Part shown: one piece after another, positions 47,487-57,515 of the stretch
Layout: every line of letters starts with the position of its first letter
How positions within the stretch are numbered: position 1 is the stretch's first letter
NCBI GenBank assembly: GCA_964500005.1
Contig: CAZCMP010000005.1
Coordinates: forward strand, 77,075-141,074
Direction of reading: 5' to 3'
DNA length: 64,000 nucleotides
Source: an uncultured Thermococci archaeon
Lineage (GTDB): Archaea > Methanobacteriota_B > Thermococci > Methanofastidiosales > Methanofastidiosaceae
Position numbers and translations under genes: made by a program
The notes under the pieces: model-generated
What the model saw: the letters and a program-made list of their open reading frames with translations, nothing else
Database searches by the model: none
Told to the model about the DNA's origin: nothing

Positions 47487-48602
47487 ATGGATATTAAAGA
47501 TAAATTAACTCTCTGTAATTGCGTAACTCTCTCTAGGATATTGATTATATTCTTTTTAATTTATTTTGCTTATGTGAAGGAACTTCTGATTTTTTCCATT
47601 TTATTCTATGTTGCTGCAGCCTCTGATTATATTGACGGCCCTATTTCTAGAAAACAAAAAAACTCTTCTAAATTTGGAAGCGATCTAGATTATTCTGCAG
47701 ATAAGATTATAGCTTTATTGTCCTTTTTATTCGTCTACCTATTTAAGCCAGAGATAATAATAGACAACAAAATACCATATTTTATACTAATAACAATAAT
47801 CATTCTTCACGAAATGGTATTCCAATTAAAAAATAAGAGCAAAATAATGTTACATACAAATTCCGCGAGGATTTTTATTGGGTATTATTATGCTTCGCTG
47901 CCAATAATCTTCTTATTGGACTCATACCGGCCCCTGTTCTATCTTTCTATATTCCTTGGATCCTGGTCCATAGCTGAGATGACTATCTTGGGGTATGTCA
48001 AAAAAGATTTAACACTTGAAGTAAAATCAATTTTAAAGGACAAGTATGACCCTTTCTACTACTTAACTTATGCTTTTCCAATGAAGGCGATGTTGTTTCC
48101 ATTCATGGCTTATTTCGTTTATTTGGGAGAATACGGCCTATTTATATTCAGCTTTTATATCGCATCATTTTTGGATTTTATTGATGGGGTTCTGATTAAT
48201 AGAATTGTTAGGTCAAACCCTATCGCTTTAAGAATCAACGAATTTTTGGACAACTATTTCATTATAGCTTTTGTGTCAACTCTTTTAGTTTTTAGAGACT
48301 ATTTATATGAAATGGATACATTATACCTATACGGATTAATTTTTATTATGGCTATTTTTTTAATAATTAATCTTCAAAAAAGATATTCTATTATTGAAGA
48401 CAATAGCACTGTAAATAGGTTATTTCTAATAGTTACTTATGCCCTATTGCCATTGCCAATAGTAATACCCTACCTTAAATTAGTTCTATTGGCTATAATC
48501 ACTCTAGGTTTATTTTCTATAGCATATCACTTTACTTCATATTTATTCTACGGAAAAAGTGATTCGGAATATCCGTCTCCTTTGCCGGAACAATTAAATT
48601 AA
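47487..48602 (+). CDS. CDP-alcohol phosphatidyltransferase family membrane protein (apparent tandem domain)
   Basis: It has D(47)-x2-DG-x2-SR-x8-G-x3-D-x3-D (DYIDGPISRKQKNSSKFGSDLDYSAD). A degenerate second copy DFIDGVLINR lies in the C-terminal half. It has about 10 TM helices. Confidence 0.6.
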   Translation: MDIKDKLTLCNCVTLSRILIIFFLIYFAYVKELLIFSILFYVAAASDYIDGPISRKQKNSSKFGSDLDYSADKIIALLSFLFVYLFKPEIIIDNKIPYFILITIIILHEMVFQLKNKSKIMLHTNSARIFIGYYYASLPIIFLLDSYRPLFYLSIFLGSWSIAEMTILGYVKKDLTLEVKSILKDKYDPFYYLTYAFPMKAMLFPFMAYFVYLGEYGLFIFSFYIASFLDFIDGVLINRIVRSNPIALRINEFLDNYFIIAFVSTLLVFRDYLYEMDTLYLYGLIFIMAIFLIINLQKRYSIIEDNSTVNRLFLIVTYALLPLPIVIPYLKLVLLAIITLGLFSIAYHFTSYLFYGKSDSEYPSPLPEQLN

Positions 48603-50008
48603 GAAGATAGGCAAGAAGGGTCAGCGCCCATTACCTTGCCTGATTCGACATACGCCCTTGCCCGGCATCCCCCGCATAAAATCTTATACTTACAGCTGCC
48701 ACAGTTTTCTTCCAGATTTTTCCTGTCTCTCAACAAAGCCAAATTTTGATTCTCTCTCCAAATCTGTAATATATCATCTGTAAAAATGTTCCCTAGTTTA
48801 ATCCTAAAAAATGGACACGGTAGAATATCCCCAGAACTTGTTATGGCAACTATGAATCTTCCGGCAAAACATCCACCAACGTAATCAAGCAAATACTCTG
48901 ATTTTTTAAACTTAGTAAATCCTATCTGTTTTAGTTCTGACTTTTCTTCATTTTGAACTGCATAGTGAAGTCTTGCAACTTCCGGTGCCTGGAGTATTGT
49001 AATTTCTTTGAAATATTTATCATATTGTCTTCTTTTTACAAGCATTTCACTTATCAATTTTTCTTTTTCTATGCTGCTAAGTTCTAATGGATCATCACCC
49101 TTTGACATAGGAATATAGTTAAAAAAGCTACATACATCACAATTAAGGGATTTGGCAAGCTCTAAAAAATCTTCAACTTCATCTTTTACAAGGTTAGTCA
49201 TTGTAATAGCCAGACCTACAGACAATCCTACTTCTTTGCAATATTTTGCCGCCTCGATAGCTTTCATAAATGAACCCTTTTCTCTATGTAAATCATTTTT
49301 CTCCTCATTTGAACTAAAGAGACTTATCTCTACATACTTAAGTCCTACGTCATAGAGTTTTTTTGCATTCTTTTGTCCAATCATTGTCCCATTTGTACCA
49401 AGAGACGTACTCAAGCCCTTATTATTTGCATAATCTATTAGCGTAAAAAGATCTTTCCTTACCAAGGGCTCTCCTCCAGAGAAAGATATGGCTGAAACAC
49501 CGGCTTCGTCTAGTTTGTCTATAATTGTTAGCCATTGTTCAGTTGTTAATTCGTCGTGCCCCCCTACCTTGTTTATATAACAATAACTGCAATCGAGATT
49601 ACATTTTTTAGAAATTTCAAGAACTGCAGACAAAGGGGAGCCTGAAACCATTGGCTTTCTTAATCCATATTCCATAATTCCTCTTAGGATAGAATTAAGG
49701 CCCTTAGAATAAGAAGGGACAGAATAGTTATCATTGAGCTTAGAAAATGATATAAAGAAATCTAGACCAGATCCACTATTTTTCTTGATAATGAAATTAA
49801 AAAAAGGTTTGTAAAATTTATATGTAGCATTACATCGGTCACATAATTTTACATCGTTTCCTGTTTTTGGGTTTCCCATCAACTGCTCTAAAACAGAAGA
49901 ATTACAAGATTCACACTTGGAAGTCAATTGTTTTATAATGTGTATTGTCAAAGGATTTTTTGTAATTAAAAATAGTCCTAAGTTGCCTAGATATTTGTTA
50001 ATGCGCAT
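48599..50008 (-). CDS. radical SAM / SPASM-domain protein with N-terminal zinc-ribbon extension
   Basis: It has CNLDCSYC (CxxxCxxC) and GGEPL. The C-terminal SPASM cysteines are CPFF...CGSCKYKILCGGC. The N-terminal ~110 aa carry CESC...CDRC. Confidence 0.8.
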   Translation of the reverse strand: MRINKYLGNLGLFLITKNPLTIHIIKQLTSKCESCNSSVLEQLMGNPKTGNDVKLCDRCNATYKFYKPFFNFIIKKNSGSGLDFFISFSKLNDNYSVPSYSKGLNSILRGIMEYGLRKPMVSGSPLSAVLEISKKCNLDCSYCYINKVGGHDELTTEQWLTIIDKLDEAGVSAISFSGGEPLVRKDLFTLIDYANNKGLSTSLGTNGTMIGQKNAKKLYDVGLKYVEISLFSSNEEKNDLHREKGSFMKAIEAAKYCKEVGLSVGLAITMTNLVKDEVEDFLELAKSLNCDVCSFFNYIPMSKGDDPLELSSIEKEKLISEMLVKRRQYDKYFKEITILQAPEVARLHYAVQNEEKSELKQIGFTKFKKSEYLLDYVGGCFAGRFIVAITSSGDILPCPFFRIKLGNIFTDDILQIWRENQNLALLRDRKNLEENCGSCKYKILCGGCRARAYVESGKVMGADPSCLSS

Positions 50009-50069
50009 ATAAATTCTTAAAATATTGGTTATATATGTCTATTGTAAGATGTCATAAAAAGAATAGAAC

Positions 50070-50360
50070 TTAATTTACTAAAGCTATGTATATTATACTT
50101 GCTATTGCAACGATAGTGACTATAAATGAGTATTTTCTATAAGACGATACCTCTTTTGATGTAGAGTCGCATGCTAGAACTTCTATTATAAGGCCGGTAT
50201 AATGGCCAACTGCAAGACCTATTGCAATGAAAACAAAATGATTGAGTAGACTGCCGATTATAATCCCAATGAGAAGGCCAAAAATAATTCCGAGTACCAT
50301 ACCTTCTCCTTTCTTGAGCCTTGATCTAGGCCTTATAAGATGGCTATTTTCAAGTTCCAT
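50070..50360 (-). CDS. small Gly/Ile-rich membrane protein
   Basis: The 96-aa product has three TM helices and lies adjacent to the rSAM gene. Confidence 0.4.
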   Translation of the reverse strand: MELENSHLIRPRSRLKKGEGMVLGIIFGLLIGIIIGSLLNHFVFIAIGLAVGHYTGLIIEVLACDSTSKEVSSYRKYSFIVTIVAIASIIYIALVN

Positions 50361-50470
50361 AATGATTCATTTTTAATATGGACTTTCTTATATATAATTC
50401 TTTTATATAAAAGGTATACAATAAATATGCAAATAACAAGTTATATAAATGAATCAAATATTTTAAAAAC

Positions 50471-50671
50471 ATGGAAATAACAAGCAGTCAGATTTTAGGT
50501 GCGTTGATAGCTATCTTTGGATTTATCCTACTTGTTTCAAGCATAATTAAAATATCTTTGGATTTCTTACCTTTAGAACAGGATGGGCTTTTTGCCGTGG
50601 GGTTTGTTCTAGTTATACTAGGTCTTCTTCTAGCCTACCATTCTAAAAAATCCGAAGATGAATTTCCTTAA
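50471..50671 (+). CDS. small membrane protein
   Basis: The 66-aa product has two TM helices. Confidence 0.3.
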   Translation: MEITSSQILGALIAIFGFILLVSSIIKISLDFLPLEQDGLFAVGFVLVILGLLLAYHSKKSEDEFP

Positions 50672-50687
50672 ATAAATATTTATTTTT

Positions 50688-51554
50688 TTAATAATTTTCT
50701 AATTCTAATACCTTGATTACCACAGAGAAATCTTCTTCATCATAACCAAAGTCTTTGGCTTTTAGGTACATCTCAAGGTTTAGATCAGTTAGCGGAATAT
50801 ACGCCCCAATCTCCTTAGCTGTTTTTGTTATCAATTTAAGGTCTTTTATGCCATTTTTAACTGAGCCCTGAACTGGGAACTCTTCTCTGATGAAGTTCTT
50901 ATGTTTCATCTTATAGAGATCGTTTGATACTTGGCCTGAAAGAACTATTTCAAATAAAAAACTTAGATCAATTCCTCCTTTCTTTGCAAAATTAACCATT
51001 TCAGAAAATCCTTCCATCATATGTAGTATCAAAAGATTAACAGATAATTTGATCATTGAAGCTTTGGGGATTTCACCACAGTATGTTATCTTGTTGCCCA
51101 TAGTCTTGAATAATGGATTAAGGCCATCAATAATTTTGTGATCCCCGCTTGTCATGATAATTAAATTTCCATCCTCTGCCGGTTTTTTGGATCCTGAAAC
51201 AGGGGCGTCGACATATTTTGCATTGAATTTCTCTAATTGTTCTTTTAATTTAGTTGAAAAAGATGGTGATATTGTTCCCATGTTGATAATTGTTTTGCCT
51301 TGATAAATATTTAGATCTTTTATATTTTTTATCAATGTAGACTCGATTATTTCAGGAGTTGTCAACATGAAAATTATTGTATCTGCCCATTGAATTACAT
51401 CATCAACTGAATCTGCAATTAAAGCTCCTTTGTCCTTTAGAGCGGATAACTTTTCTTTTGTACGATTATAACAGATAAGCTCATATCCGGATTTTAATAT
51501 ATTTGTGGCCATTGGCTTTCCCATCACACCAATTCCAATAAAACCGATTTTCAT
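50688..51554 (-). CDS. NAD(P)-dependent beta-hydroxyacid dehydrogenase (3-hydroxyisobutyrate dehydrogenase-like)
   Basis: It has MKIGFIGIGVMG and a 6PGDH-type NAD-binding and C-terminal domain. The longer track ORF runs to 51647. The ATG at 51554 gives the canonical N-terminus. Confidence 0.75.
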   Translation of the reverse strand: MKIGFIGIGVMGKPMATNILKSGYELICYNRTKEKLSALKDKGALIADSVDDVIQWADTIIFMLTTPEIIESTLIKNIKDLNIYQGKTIINMGTISPSFSTKLKEQLEKFNAKYVDAPVSGSKKPAEDGNLIIMTSGDHKIIDGLNPLFKTMGNKITYCGEIPKASMIKLSVNLLILHMMEGFSEMVNFAKKGGIDLSFLFEIVLSGQVSNDLYKMKHKNFIREEFPVQGSVKNGIKDLKLITKTAKEIGAYIPLTDLNLEMYLKAKDFGYDEEDFSVVIKVLELENY

Positions 51555-51656
51555 TGCATCGCCTATTGTATATTGTGCCATATTAACTTTATATTTATTA
51601 GTATCAGAGTTTAATAAAACTGTAAATTTTATAAAAGCTAATCCCATCTATATTTT

Positions 51657-51881
51657 GTGGTTATAATGAAAGTTCATATAAAACAGGAAGAATGTATCCT
51701 TTGCGGAAATTGTAGTGAAACTTGTCCTGAAGTTTTTATTGTAGATCCTGGAGAAAATTCTAAAATAACTAAGGAATACATGGGAAAAAATGATTCTGAA
51801 GGAGAAATAGATGAAAGTTTGATAGATTGTGTACAAGCAGCTGTTGATTCTTGTCCAGTTGGCATCATAACTTTAGAGTAA
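51657..51881 (+). CDS. single-cluster ferredoxin
   Basis: It has CILCGNCSETCP...CP, a Pyrococcus-type 7-8Fe ferredoxin pattern. Confidence 0.65.
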   Translation: MVIMKVHIKQEECILCGNCSETCPEVFIVDPGENSKITKEYMGKNDSEGEIDESLIDCVQAAVDSCPVGIITLE

Positions 51882-51987
51882 AAGCTAATTTGCATCCTAT
51901 TTTTTATGTCTGACAATTATTCCTTTTAGAATCTCGACACAGAAAAGATTAAAAACAGATAGATTTATTGATTTCAATTCATAATGG

Positions 51988-53031
51988 GTGACTTCTTTGA
52001 CAAATGTTTACTTTATTCCAATTTCATCATATTCTGATACTCAAAAAATTAGCAATGCTGCAAAAGAATTACTGAAGAGAATTATCATAGATGAAGGCAT
52101 TACTCTCGAAAAAAAAATTCCGCTAAAAGTTCACTTTGGAGAAAAGGGAAACCTTACTTTTATCAAATCTGAAAACTACGAAGGAATAATAAATTACTTA
52201 AAAGAAAATAAAAATGAGCCGTTCTTTATAGAAACAAATGTTTTGTATAGAGGACAAAGAACTAACAAGAAAAACCACATCAAACTAGCATTAAAGCATG
52301 GATTCAAACAGATACCAATAGTTATAGCAGATGGGGAGAGGGGAGAGGACTACGAAGAAGTTGAGGTGGGACTTAAGAACCTTAACAAATGCAAAATAGC
52401 TAAAGAGATTTCAAAGCAAAAACAAATGATAGTTTTATCCCATTTCAAAGGACATATAGGTGCTGGTTTTGGAGGGGCTATAAAGCAGCTTGGCATGGGA
52501 TGTGCTGCGAGAGGCGGAAAACTTGAACAGCACTCAAATACTATACCGATACTTAATTTTCTTCAATGCAAAAAATGTAAAACTTGTACAAAAAAATGTC
52601 CTACTGATGCCATAAATATCGGTTTGATTCCTAGAATTGATAGGAAAAAATGCATAGGTTGTGCGGCATGTATATCAGTTTGCCCCCATGGAACAATTAA
52701 AATTAATTGGATTGGAACAATATCTAAAAAATTCTACGAAAGAATGGCAGAGTACGCATATGCCGCTCAAAAAGACAAACAGATGATATACATCTCATTT
52801 GCCCTGAACATAACTAAGAATTGTGACTGTGAGGGGCATAACATGAAGCCCTTTGTAAGGGATTTAGGGATATTTGCATCAACAGATCCTGTAGCAATTG
52901 ATATGGCGTGTCTTGATAAACTATCTCAAAGGGAAGATAGGACTGTTTTTAGGAGAGGCAGGTACATTCTTGATTACTGTGAAACAATAGGTTTAGGAAA
53001 AAAAGATTATAATTTAATTGAAATTAAATAA
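51988..53031 (+). CDS. DUF362 domain Fe-S protein with inserted 4Fe-4S ferredoxin domain
   Basis: It has CKKCKTCTKKCP and CIGCAACISVCP within a DUF362-like scaffold. Confidence 0.6.
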   Translation: MTSLTNVYFIPISSYSDTQKISNAAKELLKRIIIDEGITLEKKIPLKVHFGEKGNLTFIKSENYEGIINYLKENKNEPFFIETNVLYRGQRTNKKNHIKLALKHGFKQIPIVIADGERGEDYEEVEVGLKNLNKCKIAKEISKQKQMIVLSHFKGHIGAGFGGAIKQLGMGCAARGGKLEQHSNTIPILNFLQCKKCKTCTKKCPTDAINIGLIPRIDRKKCIGCAACISVCPHGTIKINWIGTISKKFYERMAEYAYAAQKDKQMIYISFALNITKNCDCEGHNMKPFVRDLGIFASTDPVAIDMACLDKLSQREDRTVFRRGRYILDYCETIGLGKKDYNLIEIK

Positions 53032-53043
53032 ATATTCTAGCAT

Positions 53044-53661
53044 TCAAACTTCAACAATAACCCTACAAGGTATTGCCTCTAAATCTTCAATGCTTAATGG
53101 AAAACAGTACACTCTAAAAGTTTCTTTTTTGATTACTTCTAAGTTAATAAGGTTCTCAATGATATATATCCCGTTGTTTGATAAGTACTTATCATACGCC
53201 CCGTGATTCTTTCCCTTACCTAATCCTAGTGCATCTATCCCCACCATATTTACCTTCTTTTTTGTAATCCATTCAAGAACTTCAAAGGATATCTCAGGAT
53301 GATCAAAATATTCCTCTTTCCCTAAGTATTTACTCCAATTTGTTTTGAAAAAAACAAAGTCATTTCTTTTCACTGAAAGTTTATTACTAATATGATCTAT
53401 TGAAATAGTACTTTCTTTAATCTTAGAAACATCAATTAGAATGCCTCTACCGATAAACCTATCTAACTCTATTAAATTATCTTTACTAATAATATCTATA
53501 TGGGTGCCTATGTGTGAAGGTGTGTTTATAATTGAAGTGTAATAGTATCCTTCCGTCTCGTGATAGCATTTAAGATTATTAATGGAAAGTTGAGGGGAGC
53601 CTTTTCGAAAAATCATGCCTTCTTTTAATTTTAGAGAAACATCTATTAACATATCGTGCAC
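53044..53661 (-). CDS. cyclase family protein (kynurenine formamidase-like)
   Basis: It has the PSHIGTHIDI (HxGTHxD) motif. Confidence 0.65.
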   Translation of the reverse strand: MHDMLIDVSLKLKEGMIFRKGSPQLSINNLKCYHETEGYYYTSIINTPSHIGTHIDIISKDNLIELDRFIGRGILIDVSKIKESTISIDHISNKLSVKRNDFVFFKTNWSKYLGKEEYFDHPEISFEVLEWITKKKVNMVGIDALGLGKGKNHGAYDKYLSNNGIYIIENLINLEVIKKETFRVYCFPLSIEDLEAIPCRVIVEV

Positions 53662-53687
53662 CGTTGGATAATAATCTTGATATTGTC

Positions 53688-53894
53688 TTATTTATTCCAT
53701 TTTGACGCCGGTATACCACCCTTTCCCCAGTTAGCCTTTGGTATTTCAGTAACCAATATCTCGACTGCATCAAGGGGTGCACCGGTGATCTCACTTACGC
53801 ATTTTGATACTTCTTTAATCAATTTTTCATTTTTCTTTTCATCTGTAAATTCTTTCCACAAATATATTTCTACAAGAGGTATAATATCACCCAT
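53688..53894 (-). CDS. tautomerase (4-oxalocrotonate tautomerase-like) family protein
   Basis: It is 68 aa long with a beta-alpha-beta length and layout. The call is tentative. Confidence 0.4.
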   Translation of the reverse strand: MGDIIPLVEIYLWKEFTDEKKNEKLIKEVSKCVSEITGAPLDAVEILVTEIPKANWGKGGIPASKWNK

Positions 53895-53938
53895 TATACA
53901 TGGAAGATTTGTAATTAAAAAGTTAATTATCCAGAAAT

Positions 53939-54334
53939 CTATCTCAAACTTTTTTCTTTTCTGTACGCCATGCCCTGAAATGTTGCTATCAACTCATTTT
54001 TCTCATTAAACACGCGAATGTTATAAGTTGCAATTTTTGGATTAATTGATACTTCTTCTGCGTCAGCAAACAAAGTGCCTTCAGATACTGCTTTTAAAAA
54101 AGAAATATTAACATTTAAGGCTACGGCAATGCTACCGTGGCTATTTGCTGCAATTGCAAAGGCAAAATCAGCCAAGGTGAATATTGCACCACCATGAACA
54201 GTATTGACTGAATTAAGGTGAATGTCTTTGATATCCATTTTTACCCTTGCACGCCCATCTGATACTTCAACTAATTCTATACCTAGCTGCTTTGCAAGTC
54301 TGTCATTTTCAGAGAACTCTTTTATGAAATCCAT
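53939..54334 (-). CDS. PaaI-family hotdog thioesterase
   Basis: It has the NSVNTVHGGAIFTLADFAFA motif. Confidence 0.75.
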   Translation of the reverse strand: MDFIKEFSENDRLAKQLGIELVEVSDGRARVKMDIKDIHLNSVNTVHGGAIFTLADFAFAIAANSHGSIAVALNVNISFLKAVSEGTLFADAEEVSINPKIATYNIRVFNEKNELIATFQGMAYRKEKSLR

Positions 54335-54467
54335 AAAATCAATACAATATTAGGATTTTGGATATTTATTATTAATTGATTATCCTAGATTAGCCTTATA
54401 AGAAGGACACTTACATTTTGGATATATTAAATCTCAAAATTAGATAAAGATAAAACTGGGGCTAATT

Positions 54468-54671
54468 ATGAACGGGAATAACAGAAATACCATTAAACGA
54501 GGAATGCATGTATCAATTGTATTAAAACAAGATCAACGCTCAGGAAAATTGACAAGTGGTATAGTAAAAGACATACTAACTAATTCTCAAACTCATCCCC
54601 ATGGAATAAAAGTTCGCCTTACGACTGGAGAAGTTGGAAGAGTGAAAGAAATACTTCCAAATAAAGTATGA
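54468..54671 (+). CDS. YwbE/DUF2196-like small protein
   Basis: It has RGMHVSIVLKQDQRSGKLTSGIVKDILT...HPHGIKVRLTTGEVGRV. Confidence 0.5.
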   Translation: MNGNNRNTIKRGMHVSIVLKQDQRSGKLTSGIVKDILTNSQTHPHGIKVRLTTGEVGRVKEILPNKV

Positions 54672-54690
54672 ATCACTATCAAAAAATCTC

Positions 54691-55239
54691 TTACTCTTTT
54701 TTTACTTTTATCCTATAATGGCTAGGCGTGCCTTCTTTCTCTTTTACTAGCCCTTTATCCAAAACTATATATCTCTCGGTAGCCCCATTTTCTAGATTCC
54801 TTTCAATAACATTTCCCTTGTTAACAATTATGGTGGTATCAGCTATAAATATTACATCTTTTCCTATTGATGCTTCTAAAAACAAAGTTTTATTTTCATC
54901 TTTTTTTATCAGTTTTATAGGCTCCCATGGATTTTCCTTAAATATGCTCTTTATATCGTCCTGCTTTTTACTCTCTAATTCATCTTCAACTAATTTAATT
55001 GCATAAGGATAAAGGCCTTGAATCCAAAAATCAAAAACACCATTATAGTTTGAGGGTAAGGATATTGATTTTAAGAAATGATTGTCTCTTAAATGCACGT
55101 AAGCATTGTTAATTCTTTCAGGACCCCAGTCCTTAAACTCTTCAACAACATTCTTTGGTCCAATCCCATCTTTTTTATTATTAATTAATTCCCTGTATAT
55201 ATAGAGAAGTAATTTATTGTAGTCTTCTTTACTGTTCAT
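54691..55239 (-). CDS. hypothetical protein
   Basis: The 182-aa product has no motifs I recognise. Confidence 0.35.
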   Translation of the reverse strand: MNSKEDYNKLLLYIYRELINNKKDGIGPKNVVEEFKDWGPERINNAYVHLRDNHFLKSISLPSNYNGVFDFWIQGLYPYAIKLVEDELESKKQDDIKSIFKENPWEPIKLIKKDENKTLFLEASIGKDVIFIADTTIIVNKGNVIERNLENGATERYIVLDKGLVKEKEGTPSHYRIKVKKE

Positions 55240-55359
55240 GATACAGTTTCTGTTGGATTATCCCCTTAAATAGATAACTATAACAAATAAAAAAATACAA
55301 ATTCAAAGGTATATAGATAATAATATATATGTAAAAATATAATAATTGTTGACAATAAT

Positions 55360-55818
55360 ATGTCGGGAAATGATCTTATGAAACATAAAGTATTTTTAAT
55401 TATTTCAATGTTGTTAATACTGGCTATGGCGGTTGGATGTGCTAATAAGGCGCCGCCAAAAATTGAAACAATAAATTTTGAAGGCACTTCATGGAAATTG
55501 GATACCTATTTGAGTAATTTAAACAATCTAGTAAGTCCAATTGCAAATACTAAGATGACCCTTGAATTTGAAGATGAGAGGATATCTGGAATGTCTGGAT
55601 GCAACAGCTTTTTTGCTAAATATACTGTTGAAGGACAATCTATGTCTTTTGGATTGATTGGAGCAACAAAGATGAACTGTAGTAATGTGGGGGTAATGGA
55701 GCAGGAACAAACATATTTTAAGAGACTAGAATCAGTTAAATCTTATAAAGTTGAAGGAAACAAACTTACCCTACTTGATGGAAACGGTAAAACTGTACTT
55801 ATATTCTCTAAGAGTTGA
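55360..55818 (+). CDS. META/HslJ-like (DUF306) lipoprotein
   Basis: It has the lipobox LAMAVGC. It has ISGMSGCNSFFAKY and GATKMNC patterns. The likely start is MKHK at 55378. Confidence 0.6.
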   Translation: MSGNDLMKHKVFLIISMLLILAMAVGCANKAPPKIETINFEGTSWKLDTYLSNLNNLVSPIANTKMTLEFEDERISGMSGCNSFFAKYTVEGQSMSFGLIGATKMNCSNVGVMEQEQTYFKRLESVKSYKVEGNKLTLLDGNGKTVLIFSKS

Positions 55819-56173
55819 ATTAAAACCTAAAAATCAGGTGCTGACCCTATTAATGTGCAAAAAAATAATGAATACTATAAATATTATTAAAACTAAAATT
55901 ATTTTTATTCTATGAAGCCTTTCATCCTCTGGGTTAGTTTCTTCAAAATCTTTTGGAGGCAGTAATCTTGGTAGTTTCATATATTCTTCAGAATCTTTAG
56001 ATTTAGGAGTTGATTTAGGAATTTTCTTTTCTGTTTCACCGGTTGGCAGTAATGGCATTTTTAGTCCCCAACTTTGAATTTATTTAATCCTTTTTAATTC
56101 TTTTGATAAATAAGTTTTATAAAAAAGATAGCAAAAGATATTCTTATAAATAAATTAATTAACTAAATTTTGT

Positions 56174-56377
56174 ATGGAAAACGAAGGTAGATCCCTATTA
56201 AAAGAGCCAAAATCAATAGCTGCAATAGTATTTTTTATTTTAAGTTTGATTTATGTTATAAGCCCAATTGATTTAATACCAGATTTCATTCCAATAGTTG
56301 GTTGGATTGATGATATTATTGCATTATTGATAGCGATTAGTATAGGCATAAAGTATTTTATAAAAAAGAGGTATTAA
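56174..56377 (+). CDS. DUF1232 (YkvA-like) membrane protein
   Basis: It has ISPIDLIPDFIPIVGWIDD. Confidence 0.5.
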   Translation: MENEGRSLLKEPKSIAAIVFFILSLIYVISPIDLIPDFIPIVGWIDDIIALLIAISIGIKYFIKKRY

Positions 56378-56381
56378 TTAC

Positions 56382-56798
56382 TTATTCTCCAATTATTTTT
56401 ACAAGCACTCTTTTTTTTCTTTGGCCATCAAATTCCCCATAGTATATTTCTTCCCAAGGCCCAAAGTCAAGTTTTCCATTTGTAATAGCTATTACAACTT
56501 CTCTGCCCATAAACTGCCTTTTAATGTGAGCATCACCATTTGTTTCACCGGTTCTATTGTGCCTGTAAAGGTCAGGGTTGTGGGGTATATTTCTTTCTAG
56601 CCAGTCTTTGAAATCCTGGTGTAGTCCTGACTCTGCGTCATTTATGAAAACACTTGCAGTTATGTGCATAGAATTTACAAGACACAACCCTTCTTTTATT
56701 TTGCTCTCAATCATAGCATCTTCTACTAAGGAAGTTATATTAACAAATTCAACTTTACTTTTAGTATTAAACCAGAGTTCTTTTTTATAACTCTTCAT
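56382..56798 (-). CDS. YjbQ/UPF0047 family (secondary thiamine-phosphate synthase-like) protein
   Basis: It has NITS...[21 protein letters not shown]...HIKRQ.MGREVV in the YjbQ arrangement. Confidence 0.7.
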   Translation of the reverse strand: MKSYKKELWFNTKSKVEFVNITSLVEDAMIESKIKEGLCLVNSMHITASVFINDAESGLHQDFKDWLERNIPHNPDLYRHNRTGETNGDAHIKRQFMGREVVIAITNGKLDFGPWEEIYYGEFDGQRKKRVLVKIIGE

Positions 56799-56842
56799 AA
56801 ATAATACTAGAAGAAATCAATTTAAAATTTTAATTGTATTAC

Positions 56843-56870
56843 TCATGTGGGGAGTACAACCCCCACATGA
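56843..56870. other. perfect 10-bp stem / 8-nt loop hairpin in intergenic DNA
   Basis: The stem tcatgtgggg pairs with ccccacatga around the loop agtacaac. Confidence 0.4.
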
Positions 56871-56997
56871 CCTGCACAAAATATTAGGAAAAGGTGATAA
56901 ATCTTTTGCGCAGTTGATTTTGAGTAAGGCCACTGTTTTAAAAATATATCGTTTCTTTTTTAACAATATATTTAGATAATGTTAGGTTTGAAACATT

Positions 56998-57453
56998 TTA
57001 TCTCACTATCATAACTGATGAAGTTGCATTGTGCAGTACCTTCTCTGAAACACTGCCTAAGAAAATCCTATCTATCGCAGAAATACCTTTTGCCCCCATC
57101 ACGATTAAATCATTCTTTTTCGATAACTTGATAATTTCCTCATCAGGCGCCCCTTCTTTTATTTTTTTAGTAATCTTTAATCCGTATTTAGATGCCATTT
57201 TCTCTATTTCGTCCAGTAAAAGGACCCCTTCTTTTTTCATTTTTTTTCTAATCTCTTTTATCTCAGTATCATCGGTATAAATCACAGGAGAATATGGTGG
57301 GCCAACATAAGCGCTTATTGGTACATGTACTACATACAGTGCAATTAACTCGAGATTCGTTTTGCTTGCTAAATATATTGCTTTCTTTGCAGACCTCTTT
57401 GACGGTTCTGAACCGTCAACGGGCGTTATAATTCTTCTAAATTCATTTTCCAT
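56998..57453 (-). CDS. universal stress protein UspA
   Basis: It has ILVAVDGS-like ITPVDGSEPS and C-terminal GS.SEKV...VMIV. Confidence 0.8.
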   Translation of the reverse strand: MENEFRRIITPVDGSEPSKRSAKKAIYLASKTNLELIALYVVHVPISAYVGPPYSPVIYTDDTEIKEIRKKMKKEGVLLLDEIEKMASKYGLKITKKIKEGAPDEEIIKLSKKNDLIVMGAKGISAIDRIFLGSVSEKVLHNATSSVMIVR

Positions 57454-57515
57454 CTTACTATATTGGAAATTGTATTTTATATATCTTACCTAATGAGAAA
57501 GGCTAAATAGATCAT

